From: a virus
Lineage: Duplodnaviria > Caudoviricetes
Reading direction: 5' to 3' (one strand)
Length of the DNA stretch: 54,314 nt
Virus record (IMG/VR): IMGVR_UViG_3300002145_000153
Span: 1 to 54,314 of that record
This document shows, one piece after another, positions 27,300-37,935 of this stretch. How positions within the stretch are numbered: the first letter of the stretch is position 1; each line of letters starts with the position of its first letter. The notes beneath the pieces were generated by a model. The model did no database searches. It was not told where the DNA came from and saw only the letters and a program-made list of their open reading frames with translations. The position numbers and the translations under genes were made by a program.

Positions 27300-29072
27300 A
27301 TGAAATTTAGAGATTTTATTGTAGAAGAAAAAGAGAAAACAACAGTTTTCGCCTTTGGTCGCATGAATCCAGGTCCTACTACTGGTCATGAGAAATTGAT
27401 CAATACTGTCAAATCTCTTTCTAAGGAACATAAAGCAGATCATCTGATCGTTATGTCTCATTCCCAAGATCCAAAGAAAAATCCTCTAAGTCCAGAGCAG
27501 AAATTAAAGCATGCTAAAAGATTTTTTCCTAAGATTAACTTTAAGACATCATCTAAACAATCCCCATCATATCTAACTCATGCCGCAGAGCTACACAAAA
27601 GTGGTACTAAACATCTAGTCATGGTTGGTGGATCTGATAGAGCAGAAGAATACCATAAAACACTACACAAGTATAACGGCGAGGGTGAAGGTAAACTCTT
27701 TAACTTTAAATCTATTAAAGTGGTCTCCTCTGGAGAAAGAGATCCTGATGCTGAAGGTGCTGAGGGAATGTCTGCATCGAAGATGCGTGCTCATGCAGCA
27801 TCAAATAATTTTAAAGAATTTCGTAAGGGTGTTCCATCACATGTATCAGATGCTCATGCAAAAGAGCTCTTTCACGATACACAAACAGGAATGAAATCTG
27901 CACCCAAATCTGTAAGAGAACAGTATCTAAACGGTGAAATTTTTACACTCGGTAATATTGTATACTTTGATGAATCAGAAGGTACAATCATTAATTGTGG
28001 TAAAAATTACGTGGTTGTTGAATCTGAAACTGGTGTAGATAAAAAGTGGATTTCTGATATTACAGAAACAAAACCTTTACCTATTGTTGATCTAGAAGAA
28101 GATACTGAGATAAAAAGATTTACTCATTTTAAAAATTCAGTTGAGAGAGAAATACCTCGTTTGTTAATGACTCAAAAACAAATAGAGGAATATAATGAAA
28201 AATTACAAAATAGAAACAATGTATCAGAAGATTTAAGAAATTGGTTTGATTCTAAACATCCTAAAGGCGGATGGAAACGAATTAATACTAAGGGTGAGGT
28301 TGTTGGGCCTTGCGCAAGAGAAGAAGGTGAACCAAAACCAAAATGTATGAGTAATGAGAAAATTGCCTCTCTTTCTAAATCTGAAAGAGCTGCAGCAGTT
28401 CGAGCAAAGAGAAAACATGATCCTAATCCTGAAAGAAAAGGTGACCCTATTAATGTTTCAAATTATGGTAAAGGTAAGATAGGTGAAGAAGTAGAGCAGA
28501 TTGAAGAAAAGAATGTACCTACGAATCCTGAACTATGGTCAAGAGCTAAAACTTTAGCTAAATCAAAATTTGATATCTATCCATCAGCGTATGCCAATGG
28601 TTGGGCTTCAAAATGGTATAAGTCTAAAGGTGGAGGATGGAAAACTGTTAGTGAAGAAGTTGAAGAAATTGATGTTGATGAAAATGATTTAGATTGGGAA
28701 GATATTGAAGATACTTATGATTCAGAAGATTTTATTTCTGAGGAAGTATTAGATGAAAAAATCTCCGCATCTTCTAGATTGAGAAAACGAATGAATTTTG
28801 CCAGATCATCTACAAGAAGGCAAACTGCAGCTGCAATTAAATTAAGAAGACCATCTACGCAGGCGCAACTGCAAAAGCGTGCTACTGTTGCAGCAAGACG
28901 TATGTTATTGAAAAAATTACTACATGGTAGAGATAAAGCATCTATGTCAGCACAAGAAAAGGACATGATTGAACAGCGTCTAAAACAAATGACTAAAATT
29001 CAGTCAACATTGGCTACACGTCTAGTTCCACGTATCAAGGAACTAGAAAGAAAGCGGTTGAAAACAAAGTAA
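27300..29072 (+). CDS. Cytidylyltransferase-domain multidomain protein
   Basis: FGRMNPGPTTGH, VGGSDR, MSASKMR; later EDLRNWF and YPSAYANGW modules. Confidence 0.8.
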   Translation: MKFRDFIVEEKEKTTVFAFGRMNPGPTTGHEKLINTVKSLSKEHKADHLIVMSHSQDPKKNPLSPEQKLKHAKRFFPKINFKTSSKQSPSYLTHAAELHKSGTKHLVMVGGSDRAEEYHKTLHKYNGEGEGKLFNFKSIKVVSSGERDPDAEGAEGMSASKMRAHAASNNFKEFRKGVPSHVSDAHAKELFHDTQTGMKSAPKSVREQYLNGEIFTLGNIVYFDESEGTIINCGKNYVVVESETGVDKKWISDITETKPLPIVDLEEDTEIKRFTHFKNSVEREIPRLLMTQKQIEEYNEKLQNRNNVSEDLRNWFDSKHPKGGWKRINTKGEVVGPCAREEGEPKPKCMSNEKIASLSKSERAAAVRAKRKHDPNPERKGDPINVSNYGKGKIGEEVEQIEEKNVPTNPELWSRAKTLAKSKFDIYPSAYANGWASKWYKSKGGGWKTVSEEVEEIDVDENDLDWEDIEDTYDSEDFISEEVLDEKISASSRLRKRMNFARSSTRRQTAAAIKLRRPSTQAQLQKRATVAARRMLLKKLLHGRDKASMSAQEKDMIEQRLKQMTKIQSTLATRLVPRIKELERKRLKTK

Positions 29073-29106
29073 ACATAAATACATAGTAACTATTTTTGGA
29101 TGAACC

Positions 29107-29508
29107 ATGCCTAGAACTTTTAGAGAATTTAGAGAAAATCTGCATGATTTAGATGATTCCTTAGGATTTACTGAAGAGGAATTTGAGATTACTGGTGATG
29201 AAATCTATGAAGAATGGAGCGATGATCTTGTAGAAGAAGCTGAATCTGGTGGTAGAAAGGTAAAATTAGGAAAGCCTTTTCTTACACCAGGAGGCCCTAA
29301 AAAACGTGCTGTATATGTAAAGAATGATAAAGGAAACGTTGTAAAGGTTAATTTCGGTGATCCCAATTTAGAGATCAAAAGAGATAATCCTGAAAGACGT
29401 AAAAGTTTTAGAGCTAGACATAATTGTGATTCTCCAGGCCCACGCTGGAAAGCAAAATATTGGAGCTGTAAGTATTGGTCATCTACACCAGTTAGTAAAC
29501 TCGATTAA
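29107..29508 (+). CDS. Conserved hypothetical protein
   Basis: RRKSFRARHNC..YWSC motif. Confidence 0.75.
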   Translation: MPRTFREFRENLHDLDDSLGFTEEEFEITGDEIYEEWSDDLVEEAESGGRKVKLGKPFLTPGGPKKRAVYVKNDKGNVVKVNFGDPNLEIKRDNPERRKSFRARHNCDSPGPRWKAKYWSCKYWSSTPVSKLD

Positions 29509-29519
29509 GGAAAAAAGAA

Positions 29520-30134
29520 ATGCGTAATTTAGTAGAAGCTGCAGAAAAAATTCTTAAAGGTGAGGTAGATGAAGCCAAGAAACCACTTCATCCAAATCAA
29601 CAAAAATTAGATGTTCATGAACCAGAGAAAGATGAGTTGACAGCAAAAGACTTTGAAATGCTTCGTAAAGGTAAGAAAGTAACTAAAGAAGAAAAAAACG
29701 TTAAAGATCTTACTGATGACGATGATATGGATGATATGGATGATATGGATGATGAAGATATGGATGATGATAAAGATGAAAAGAAAAGCAAATTAAAAGA
29801 ATCCTCACGCTCTTCAGCCCGTGCAGATAAAGATTATGCTTTCTATGTTAAATCCTATCTTCAAAGTGAAGGTATAGAATCTCTCGGTCAGATTTCAGAA
29901 AAAGAATTAACAGTTGCTATGGATATTATTGAGATGGCATTTCAACAACAGGTAGAATCTTTTGATCAACTTGATGAAATTTCTGTTGCTACAATGCTTC
30001 GCGCTAAAACTGCTGCAAAGAAAAGAGTAGCAAAAGCTGAAGAAGAAGGTGATGAACCTACATTCATGAAGCGTTCAGCACAGGCAGCAAAGTTTGATAC
30101 TGCTGCTAAGAAGAAATACGCACAGAATAAATAA
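29520..30134 (+). CDS. Acidic hypothetical (prohead core-like) protein
   Basis: LHPNQQKLD..DFEMLR; DDM repeats; LDE|IS. Confidence 0.65.
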   Translation: MRNLVEAAEKILKGEVDEAKKPLHPNQQKLDVHEPEKDELTAKDFEMLRKGKKVTKEEKNVKDLTDDDDMDDMDDMDDEDMDDDKDEKKSKLKESSRSSARADKDYAFYVKSYLQSEGIESLGQISEKELTVAMDIIEMAFQQQVESFDQLDEISVATMLRAKTAAKKRVAKAEEEGDEPTFMKRSAQAAKFDTAAKKKYAQNK

Positions 30135-30173
30135 TTGTTGATGCCCACTAAAAAGACACAATAGGAGAAAATA

Positions 30174-30725
30174 ATGTCAGGATGGGGAAAATTAGACAGC
30201 AAGCAACTTTCTGGTAACGTGACAGTTACCAATGGTAGCGCTACTGTTTCAAATGCAACTGGTAATGCTACTATCTTTCTTAATGAGGTAGAACCAGGTG
30301 ATTACTTTGTTTTAGGACTAGTTACAAGTAACTCAAACGTCAAATACTATGTTCTAAATGTCAACTCAAATGTTTCATTGACACTTGATCGAGCATATGA
30401 AGGGGCTAATGCTAGTGGTAAAGCAAACGTTCAACAAGGTCCTAAATATATTAACTATACTGGTACCAGTGCAAATGTTGGTATGTATTCAATTCAAAAA
30501 GTATATGGTATTGACTATGTTGAGGCAAATGTACCAGGTAACAAAGCAAATGGTATTAGTCAACCTGGTTGGTCATATCAGACAAGATACATTGATGCTT
30601 ATGCTCAGGTTCGTGTAAAGACAGAAGTGCTTGTCGCAACATCTAAATACTTTAATCGTGATGTTTCTACAGGTAATCTTTTCATTGACGCCAATGATGA
30701 CACTGTAGCTAGAAATAGTCAATAA
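30174..30725 (+). CDS. Virion structural-like protein
   Basis: Asn/Thr/Val beta-rich; PGW..RVKTEVLVA. Confidence 0.6.
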   Translation: MSGWGKLDSKQLSGNVTVTNGSATVSNATGNATIFLNEVEPGDYFVLGLVTSNSNVKYYVLNVNSNVSLTLDRAYEGANASGKANVQQGPKYINYTGTSANVGMYSIQKVYGIDYVEANVPGNKANGISQPGWSYQTRYIDAYAQVRVKTEVLVATSKYFNRDVSTGNLFIDANDDTVARNSQ

Positions 30726-30731
30726 TAAAAA

Positions 30732-31010
30732 ATGGCAGATTCTAAATTATCTGAATTAACTAATGTAACTACTGCTAACTCGACTGATCTACTATATCTA
30801 GTTCAGTCGAGTAGTAGTAAGAAGATTACCGCAAGCAATCTTCTTATTAGTTTAACACAACTAAAATCTGCACCTGCGAATGCTTTTGGTATTTCTACAG
30901 ATAAAGCAGGTATGATTGCCTTTGACTCCAATTATTTTTATATTTGTACTACTAATTATTCATCTGGTAATGTAAATATTTGGAGAAGAGTTAGTATCAC
31001 TACATGGTAA
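30732..31010 (+). CDS. Small structural-like protein
   Basis: MADSKLSELT; D.NYFYICT..WRRV. Confidence 0.6.
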   Translation: MADSKLSELTNVTTANSTDLLYLVQSSSSKKITASNLLISLTQLKSAPANAFGISTDKAGMIAFDSNYFYICTTNYSSGNVNIWRRVSITTW

Positions 31011-31013
31011 TAG

Positions 31014-31397
31014 ATGCAATTTGATTTGACTAAAGATACATTTTTATTGTATGCAATAAAATGTTATGATACATCTGGGTTTAGAGGAAAACAGGAGTTT
31101 CTTGAGGATATTAAGCGCTTTCGCTATATCAAAAAACTTCTGAATCGATTTAAAACTAGAGGTGATCTGAAAGAGAGATTGATACTAAATCATATCATCA
31201 TTCTTTATAATATGTTTGGAGCAGAGGCTACAGTGAAAATGTTGTTTTATAAACTTGATGAAATTTATTGGTCAGAGATAAAGACTTTTTTACTTTATTT
31301 GAATCTCATGCCTTCTAATGTTATACTTTACAATGGTCAGTCTGAATCAGATATACCTGTTTGTAATGAAATAGCAAATAAACTAAGAGAACTATAA
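31014..31397 (+). CDS. Conserved T4-like hypothetical protein
   Basis: EDIKRFRYIKKL..ERLILNHIIILYNMFG. Confidence 0.8.
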   Translation: MQFDLTKDTFLLYAIKCYDTSGFRGKQEFLEDIKRFRYIKKLLNRFKTRGDLKERLILNHIIILYNMFGAEATVKMLFYKLDEIYWSEIKTFLLYLNLMPSNVILYNGQSESDIPVCNEIANKLREL

Positions 31398-31954
31398 TGC
31401 CAGTTTCAGCTCTAGCAGACAATTTAATAGCATATAGAATTCTTCGTATGCTAGTTACACCGTTTGAAAAAACCGATGCTTATAGTCTAGGTATTATTGA
31501 TGAAAAAGGTAAACCTATTAAAAAAGCAAAGGATTTAAGAACTGGTAAAGAGAAAGCAGCTTATACCTATCTTCATAGAATAGTATTTCGCCTAAAACGT
31601 ATCATTAACATGCTGCCAACTCAAAGCAAACAATTTGCTACTTATGCTGCAGCTTATGCTCTAATCAAAGAATGTGCTGAAACAAATCAAGAACCATATA
31701 ATCTTGAATCAATATTTTTAGAAGCATTAGAATACGAGTATGATACCACATTAGTAGAAGAATTCTTTAAAAACGATATGAAAACTTTTAAACTATTTTT
31801 AGAAGATACTGGTGGTGTTAGTGGAGTACCAGCAAATACAGCAACAGTTACTCCAGGAATCTCTGGTATCGGTAGAACTCCCGATGATATTGCAGTTCCA
31901 GCAAAGAACAAACTGACTAAAAAACTTTTTAAACGAAAGAAAATTATTCAGTAG
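31397..31954 (+). CDS. Conserved T4-like hypothetical protein
   Basis: PFEKTDAYSLGIIDEKG motif; upstream of primase. Confidence 0.75.
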   Translation: MPVSALADNLIAYRILRMLVTPFEKTDAYSLGIIDEKGKPIKKAKDLRTGKEKAAYTYLHRIVFRLKRIINMLPTQSKQFATYAAAYALIKECAETNQEPYNLESIFLEALEYEYDTTLVEEFFKNDMKTFKLFLEDTGGVSGVPANTATVTPGISGIGRTPDDIAVPAKNKLTKKLFKRKKIIQ

Positions 31955-32005
31955 TATTGATTTTTTGCATCATAAATGTTATGATTGTGTTAAGGAGAAA
32001 CAATC

Positions 32006-33034
32006 ATGGCATTATACATCGATCTAAAATTTATAAACTTTATCTCTAATCAACTACGCAATTTCAAGCGTAAGGATGATTATCTTTTTAACTTTTCTTG
32101 TCCTATCTGTGGTGATTCTTCTACAAAGAAAACAAAGGCAAGGGGTTACTTTTATAAGATAAAAAACGACATGTTTATGAAGTGTCATAATTGTAGTGCG
32201 TCTCTACATTTTGGTACATTTCTTAAACAAATAAGTCCTTCTTTACATTCCCAGTACTGTTTTGAACGATACGCCGAGGCTGTACCACAGAATAAACCAC
32301 ATAAAGATCCTGTATTGAAATTTACTGAACCTGTAATAACTGAGACTAAACAGGAAACATTACTTGATTCTCTTTTAGATCGTTTAGATACTTTACCTGA
32401 GAATCATGTTGCAGTACAGTTTTGCAAAGGAAGATTGATTCCCGAGTCTGCTTATAAGCAGTTATATTTCATTGAGAATATGAGTAACATAGGGCAGATT
32501 AGTCCTAAGATGCGTGAAAAAATCACGACAAAGGAATCTAGATTAGTTATTCCATTCTTTGATGAAAAGTTACAACTTACAGGGGTAACTTGTCGTGCTC
32601 TAGGTAATGAGACATTAAGATATGTGACGGTGCAGATTAAGGAAAATGTTCCACAAATCTTCGGTGTTGATACCGTAGATACCTCTAAACATATATACGT
32701 AGTAGAGGGTCCTATAGACAGTTTGTTTCTTCCCAACGCAATCGCGGTTACGGGTACATCTTTTGGTAAATTAGATAAGTTAAATCTTAATAGTGATAAA
32801 CTCACTGTAATTGTGGACAATCAACCACGAAATAAAGACGTTTGCAAGGTTTTAGAAACTTTAATTGATAAAAATTATGCTGTAGTTATTTGGCCTCAGT
32901 ATTTAGAAGAGAAAGATATCAATGAAATGATTCTTTCTGGTAAAACAAAAGAAAAAGTTCTTAAAATGATCAAAGAAAGAACTTTTAGAGGATTAGAAGC
33001 TAAGGCTAATTTTGTTGCATGGAAGAGGTGTTAA
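32006..33034 (+). CDS. 61: DNA primase (gp61)
   Basis: CPICGDS..CHNC zinc finger; VEGPIDSLF; DNQPRN; KDINEM. Confidence 0.95.
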   Translation: MALYIDLKFINFISNQLRNFKRKDDYLFNFSCPICGDSSTKKTKARGYFYKIKNDMFMKCHNCSASLHFGTFLKQISPSLHSQYCFERYAEAVPQNKPHKDPVLKFTEPVITETKQETLLDSLLDRLDTLPENHVAVQFCKGRLIPESAYKQLYFIENMSNIGQISPKMREKITTKESRLVIPFFDEKLQLTGVTCRALGNETLRYVTVQIKENVPQIFGVDTVDTSKHIYVVEGPIDSLFLPNAIAVTGTSFGKLDKLNLNSDKLTVIVDNQPRNKDVCKVLETLIDKNYAVVIWPQYLEEKDINEMILSGKTKEKVLKMIKERTFRGLEAKANFVAWKRC

Positions 33035-33035
33035 T

Positions 33036-33395
33036 ATGAGTAGTAATGGATGGATTGGTGTTGATTTAGATGGTACATTGGCACATTATGATGGATGGAA
33101 AGGTTGGCATGATGCAAGAATTGGCGCACCGATAAAACCAATGGTAGAAAGAGTTATATCATGGTTAAGAGAAGGCAAAACGGTAAAAATTTTTACCGCT
33201 CGCATCAGTGATGGTAAAGAAGAAACTATTAAAAATATTGAGAATTGGTGTGTTGAACATATAGGTTTTAAACTTGAAGTAACTAATGTTAAAGATTTTA
33301 TGATGGTAGAACTTTGGGATGATCGTGCTGTTCAGGTTGTTCCCAATACTGGGTTGGACATTGTCAGTTATTTGGAATCACAAAATGCACGTTAG
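33036..33395 (+). CDS. HAD-family phosphatase-like protein
   Basis: DLDGTL, FTAR, WDDRA. Confidence 0.8.
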   Translation: MSSNGWIGVDLDGTLAHYDGWKGWHDARIGAPIKPMVERVISWLREGKTVKIFTARISDGKEETIKNIENWCVEHIGFKLEVTNVKDFMMVELWDDRAVQVVPNTGLDIVSYLESQNAR

Positions 33396-34074
33396 ACTTT
33401 TATCATTCTCACAACTGAATCCGTTTCTGTTATCTACAGCAGATGAACATCCACCAGTATTAGAAAGTATTCGTGATCTAGTTGCTTTTTGTGCTCGTGT
33501 TTCTAATCCATCTAATCAGATGAATATGGAAACTTCAGAAAAACTTCTGAAGTATTTGATCAACCATAAACATTGGAGTCCCTTTGAATTAGTATCACTA
33601 TGTTTAGAGATAACTACAACTAGGGATATCGCTAGACAGATTTTGCGCCATAGATCATTTTCTTTTCAAGAATTCAGCCAGCGTTATGCCAATCCACTAG
33701 AAGATCTGCAGTTTGTAACTCGTGAAGCTCGATTACAGGATACAAAAAATCGCCAAAATAGTATTAGAGTAGATGATGAAACTTTACAACGCGAATGGAC
33801 AATGATGCAGGAAGATGTTATTCGTGTTGCTCGTAGTGCATATGATTGGGCTTTGAGTAAAGGAATTGCTAAAGAACAAGCTAGAGCAGTTCTGCCAGAA
33901 GGATTAACTGAAAGTAGATTATACATGAATGGTACTCTCAGATCATGGATTCATTATTGCGAACTTAGATCGGCTAATGGTACACAATTAGAACATATGA
34001 AAATTGCAAAGGCGTGTGCTGAAGCAATTGCAAAAGTATTTCCACAGATTGAGGATTTTACAAATGAACACTAG
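33385..34074 (+). CDS. thyX: FAD-dependent thymidylate synthase
   Basis: HWSPFE, RHRSFSFQEFSQRY, QARAVLP. Confidence 0.95.
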   Translation: MHVRLLSFSQLNPFLLSTADEHPPVLESIRDLVAFCARVSNPSNQMNMETSEKLLKYLINHKHWSPFELVSLCLEITTTRDIARQILRHRSFSFQEFSQRYANPLEDLQFVTREARLQDTKNRQNSIRVDDETLQREWTMMQEDVIRVARSAYDWALSKGIAKEQARAVLPEGLTESRLYMNGTLRSWIHYCELRSANGTQLEHMKIAKACAEAIAKVFPQIEDFTNEH

Positions 34075-34468
34075 AGATGATGTAAAACAATTTATGCTTG
34101 CTGCTGATCAAGTAGTTAAATCAGAATTTAAACCTGAATTTAATCCTGAATTTAATTGGCAAGCTACATTGTACATGGATCTAATCAAAGAAGAGTTTTT
34201 AGAACTGCAAACTGCATTTAAAGATTTTGATGCTGTAGAAGTTGCTGATGCTTGTGCTGATTTAATTTGGGTTATTGAGGGTTTAGCACACACTATTGGT
34301 ATTCCAATGCAACAAGTATGGAATGAGGTTGCGCGCTCAAATCATTCAAAAGTAAGTGAAACGGGTAAAGTTTTAAAACGCGCTGATGGTAAGATTCTTA
34401 AACCAGATACATATTCACCACCCGATATTAAAACAGTATTGGAAATTTCTAAGAATGATAAACCTTAA
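34064..34468 (+). CDS. MazG/PRA-PH-like NTP pyrophosphohydrolase
   Basis: EEFLE..EVADACAD..SNHSK..DGKILKP. Confidence 0.85.
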   Translation: MNTRDDVKQFMLAADQVVKSEFKPEFNPEFNWQATLYMDLIKEEFLELQTAFKDFDAVEVADACADLIWVIEGLAHTIGIPMQQVWNEVARSNHSKVSETGKVLKRADGKILKPDTYSPPDIKTVLEISKNDKP

Positions 34469-34513
34469 AATTCTTAGCATTGTAATAGGATATACAATAG
34501 ATGGTATGAAACA

Positions 34514-35527
34514 ATGACTATAGTTAACGATAAATTACTTTCAAATATGCAGCAAGATTTGCTCGATGTTAATACTTTCTACGTAGATCGTGGGATGAAA
34601 TATGGATGGGTCTCTAATAAAAGTAAAAAACATTATGATTTTGGGCATTGGAATAATCTTATTCTTAAAGATAATAGAATGTTTCTTTTTGATCATGGAA
34701 AAATGCCATATATAAACTATCATCCCGAACTCGCACGAATATGGAACAGAATACAAGAGTTACTTCCAGGTCGTGCCTTAGTCAGAGCGTATGTTAACGG
34801 TTACACATACGGCACGGATGCATATTATCATCAAGATGATAATTGGTTAAATAAAAAATATGGTGCGGATATTCTTTCTGACACAGTTATAGTTTATTTA
34901 AATAAAGAGTGGGATAAAGATTGGGGTGGGGAAACGTCGATAGTAAAGAATGAGGAAATTGAACTAGCAGTTCTTCCTAAATTTGGACGCTGTCTGATAT
35001 TTGATTCATCGAAACTGCATTCCGCAAGACCTCTCTCTCGGGCATGCCCAGTTTTAAGATCTGTTCTGGTGTTTAAGACATTTGATGCAAAATATAATGA
35101 TCCGAGAATAGAAGCATTGATAGAAAATAACTTTGATAAGTTAAAACATTCTGGTAAAACTTTTTTTGAACATCTTTATAACACTAGTTTCATTTTAAGT
35201 AAACAGGGATGTGTTGAAGATATTTGTGCTGCGGGTCTTTATCATTCTGCTTATGGTACAGAACATTACGAATCGGCGTGCAATCTGAATCTTACAAGAG
35301 AAAAAGTAAAAGAATTAATTGGAGAAGAATCTGAAAATCTCGTATATTTATTTTGCACATTGAAAAGTAGAACATCAGCAATTATAGATAACACATATCA
35401 TCTTGATAATGAAACTATCCATAAACTTAGATGGATAGAATATGCTAATCTCATTGATCAAAACACAAATGGTAAGTATAATGGTGCTTTAATAGCGCTG
35501 AAACAAAAACTAAAAGAGTTTGAGTAG
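34514..35527 (+). CDS. 2OG-Fe(II) oxygenase fused to a DUF6817-like domain
   Basis: HQD..WGGET..H.ARP..R; HSGKTFFEHL..AGLYHSAYGT. Confidence 0.8.
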   Translation: MTIVNDKLLSNMQQDLLDVNTFYVDRGMKYGWVSNKSKKHYDFGHWNNLILKDNRMFLFDHGKMPYINYHPELARIWNRIQELLPGRALVRAYVNGYTYGTDAYYHQDDNWLNKKYGADILSDTVIVYLNKEWDKDWGGETSIVKNEEIELAVLPKFGRCLIFDSSKLHSARPLSRACPVLRSVLVFKTFDAKYNDPRIEALIENNFDKLKHSGKTFFEHLYNTSFILSKQGCVEDICAAGLYHSAYGTEHYESACNLNLTREKVKELIGEESENLVYLFCTLKSRTSAIIDNTYHLDNETIHKLRWIEYANLIDQNTNGKYNGALIALKQKLKEFE

Positions 35528-35536
35528 GGTAAGTAA

Positions 35537-37327
35537 ATGAAAAAAACAGTACACGGTATTGAGATTGATCTTTCTAAGGATATTCTTTTTGATGAATTAG
35601 GAATTAAGAGGCTACGTGAGTCTTATATGTTAGACAGTGAAGAATCACCACAAGAAAGATTTGCTGCTGTATCTGCAGCTTTTGGCTCTAACAAAGAACA
35701 CGCACAAAGATTATACGATTACTCAAGTAAACATTGGTTGAGTTATAGTACTCCTATTCTTGCTTTTGGAAGAACAAAGAAAGGTCTACCTATAAGCTGC
35801 TTTCTTCCATATCTACATGATTCAGCAGAAGGATTGGTAGATTGTCTTTCAGAAGTAAACTGGCTATCAATGTTAGGTGGAGGTATTGGTATCGGTGTTG
35901 GTATTCGTTCATCCGATGATAAATCTGTGGGTGTTATGCCGCATCTAAAAACATATGATGCTAGTTGTCTCGCGTATCGTCAAGGAAGAACACGCAGAGG
36001 ATCTTACGCAGCATATCTTGATATCTCACATCCAGATATTTTAATCTTCCTAGAGATGCGTAAGCCTACTGGTGACCAGAATATGAGATGCTTGAATCTT
36101 CATCATGGTATTAATATCACAGATGACTTTATGAAGATCATCGAAAACTGTATGCTCGATCCAAAGGCAGATGATACTTGGGAACTAAAAGACGCTAACA
36201 GTGGTGAGGTTAGAGAGAAAGTATCTGCAAGAGAACTTTGGCAACGTATTATTGAGATGCGTATGCATACTGGAGAACCTTATCTACACTTCATTGATAC
36301 TAGTAACAAACATCTTCCTGGGTTTCAAAAGCAATTGGGGCTGTCTATAAAACAGTCAAACTTATGTTCGGAGATAATTTTGCCGACAGATAAGAATAGA
36401 ACTGCAGTGTGTTGTTTATCATCTGTTAATCTAGAATACTTTGATGATTGGAAGAATGATAAGTTATTTTTACGTGATATAGCAGAGATGCTTGATAATG
36501 TTCTACAGTACTTTATCGATAATGCACCCAACGGTATAGAAAGAGCGCAATACTCAGCAAAGCGTGAGCGTAGTATTGGTGTCGGTGCGTTAGGATTTCA
36601 TGCCTATCTACAAAAAAATAATCTTCCCTGGGAATCCGCATTAGCTAGTTCAGCAAACAGAAGAATGTTTAAACATATTAGAGAAAGTTTAGATGTTGCA
36701 AATATTGAATTAGGTTCTGCGAGGGGTGAGGCCCCAGATGCTGAAGGAACTGGATTGAGATTTAGTCACGTTATGGCAGTGGCTCCAAATGCGTCGAGTT
36801 CAATCATTATGGGTAATACTTCTCCTTCAATCGAACCATGGAGAGCTAATGCTTATAGACAAGATACTCTTTCGGGTGCTCATCTAAACAAGAACAAATA
36901 TCTTGATCGTCTATTGAAAGAAAAGATAGAAGGTGATAAACTAGCAGAAGTATGGTCATCTATCATTTCAAATGATGGATCAGTTCAACATCTGGATGTT
37001 CTTACAGATTATGAAAAAGATGTGTTTAAGACTGCTATGGAAATTGATCAACGTTGGTTGGTTCAACATGCTGCAGATAGACAGACATATATCGATCAGG
37101 CACAATCTTTAAATCTTTTCTTCCGTCCAAATGCGAATATTAAGTATCTACATGCAGTACATTTTCAAGCATGGAAACAAGGTCTGAAAACATTGTACTA
37201 TTGTAGATCAGAAAAGATTGGTAGGGCTGATAAAGTTTCAAAACAAATTGAAAGACAAGTTATCGAGGAGCTTGATCTAAAAGCACTTGCCTCAGATGAA
37301 GAAATTTGTTTATCTTGCGAAGGCTGA
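35537..37327 (+). CDS. nrdA: Ribonucleotide reductase class Ia alpha subunit
   Basis: LPISCF, SNLCSE, APNASSS, KTLYY, CLSCEG. Confidence 0.96.
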   Translation: MKKTVHGIEIDLSKDILFDELGIKRLRESYMLDSEESPQERFAAVSAAFGSNKEHAQRLYDYSSKHWLSYSTPILAFGRTKKGLPISCFLPYLHDSAEGLVDCLSEVNWLSMLGGGIGIGVGIRSSDDKSVGVMPHLKTYDASCLAYRQGRTRRGSYAAYLDISHPDILIFLEMRKPTGDQNMRCLNLHHGINITDDFMKIIENCMLDPKADDTWELKDANSGEVREKVSARELWQRIIEMRMHTGEPYLHFIDTSNKHLPGFQKQLGLSIKQSNLCSEIILPTDKNRTAVCCLSSVNLEYFDDWKNDKLFLRDIAEMLDNVLQYFIDNAPNGIERAQYSAKRERSIGVGALGFHAYLQKNNLPWESALASSANRRMFKHIRESLDVANIELGSARGEAPDAEGTGLRFSHVMAVAPNASSSIIMGNTSPSIEPWRANAYRQDTLSGAHLNKNKYLDRLLKEKIEGDKLAEVWSSIISNDGSVQHLDVLTDYEKDVFKTAMEIDQRWLVQHAADRQTYIDQAQSLNLFFRPNANIKYLHAVHFQAWKQGLKTLYYCRSEKIGRADKVSKQIERQVIEELDLKALASDEEICLSCEG

Positions 37328-37935
37328 TAACAACAGAAAAACAAGTGTGGTTTGCCTATCCATGGGCACGCCACACTTATTTGAATAAGTTATGGTTATC
37401 AGAAATGTTGGGATATATTTGTGGACCGAGTGGTATACCAATACCAAAGACAGGTGAATATATCGTTCGTCCCATCTACAATCTCGATGGAATGAGTAGA
37501 GGTGCGGAGTGTAAGTTTTTAGATATAGGTGATGAATCTACTCCACCTGGGTATTTTTGGTGTGAGTATTTTAACGGAAACCATTATAGTGTAGATTACA
37601 TTAAAGTAGATGACATATGGAAATCAGATCTTGTAGTACAGGGATATAAAGTATCACCACAAAAATTTACAAAATGGGAAATTGTTGATAAACAGTTTAC
37701 TATACCAAAATTTTTATATGATGTGAAAGTTCCTGTTATCAATATAGAATATATTGATAACAAGATTATAGAAATTCATTTTCGCGGTAATTCTGATTTT
37801 AAGAATCATAAGTTTAAAACTCTTTTGGTTCAGTGGAAATCAGAACCTGAGCTTGAATTAGATAGTACATGGACTTTTATACCATCATATGAAGAAACAG
37901 ACAAAGATACAAGGATAGGATTTTATGGAAAATAA
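37306..37935 (+). CDS. Hypothetical protein (start uncertain)
   Basis: NKLWLS..RPIYNL..PGYFWCE.F.G.HYSVD..IEIHFR. Confidence 0.65.
   Translation: MFILRRLITTEKQVWFAYPWARHTYLNKLWLSEMLGYICGPSGIPIPKTGEYIVRPIYNLDGMSRGAECKFLDIGDESTPPGYFWCEYFNGNHYSVDYIKVDDIWKSDLVVQGYKVSPQKFTKWEIVDKQFTIPKFLYDVKVPVINIEYIDNKIIEIHFRGNSDFKNHKFKTLLVQWKSEPELELDSTWTFIPSYEETDKDTRIGFYGK

Noticed and set aside
29714-29772. GATGATATG tandem repeat
   Set aside because: Simple coding low-complexity Asp/Met tract
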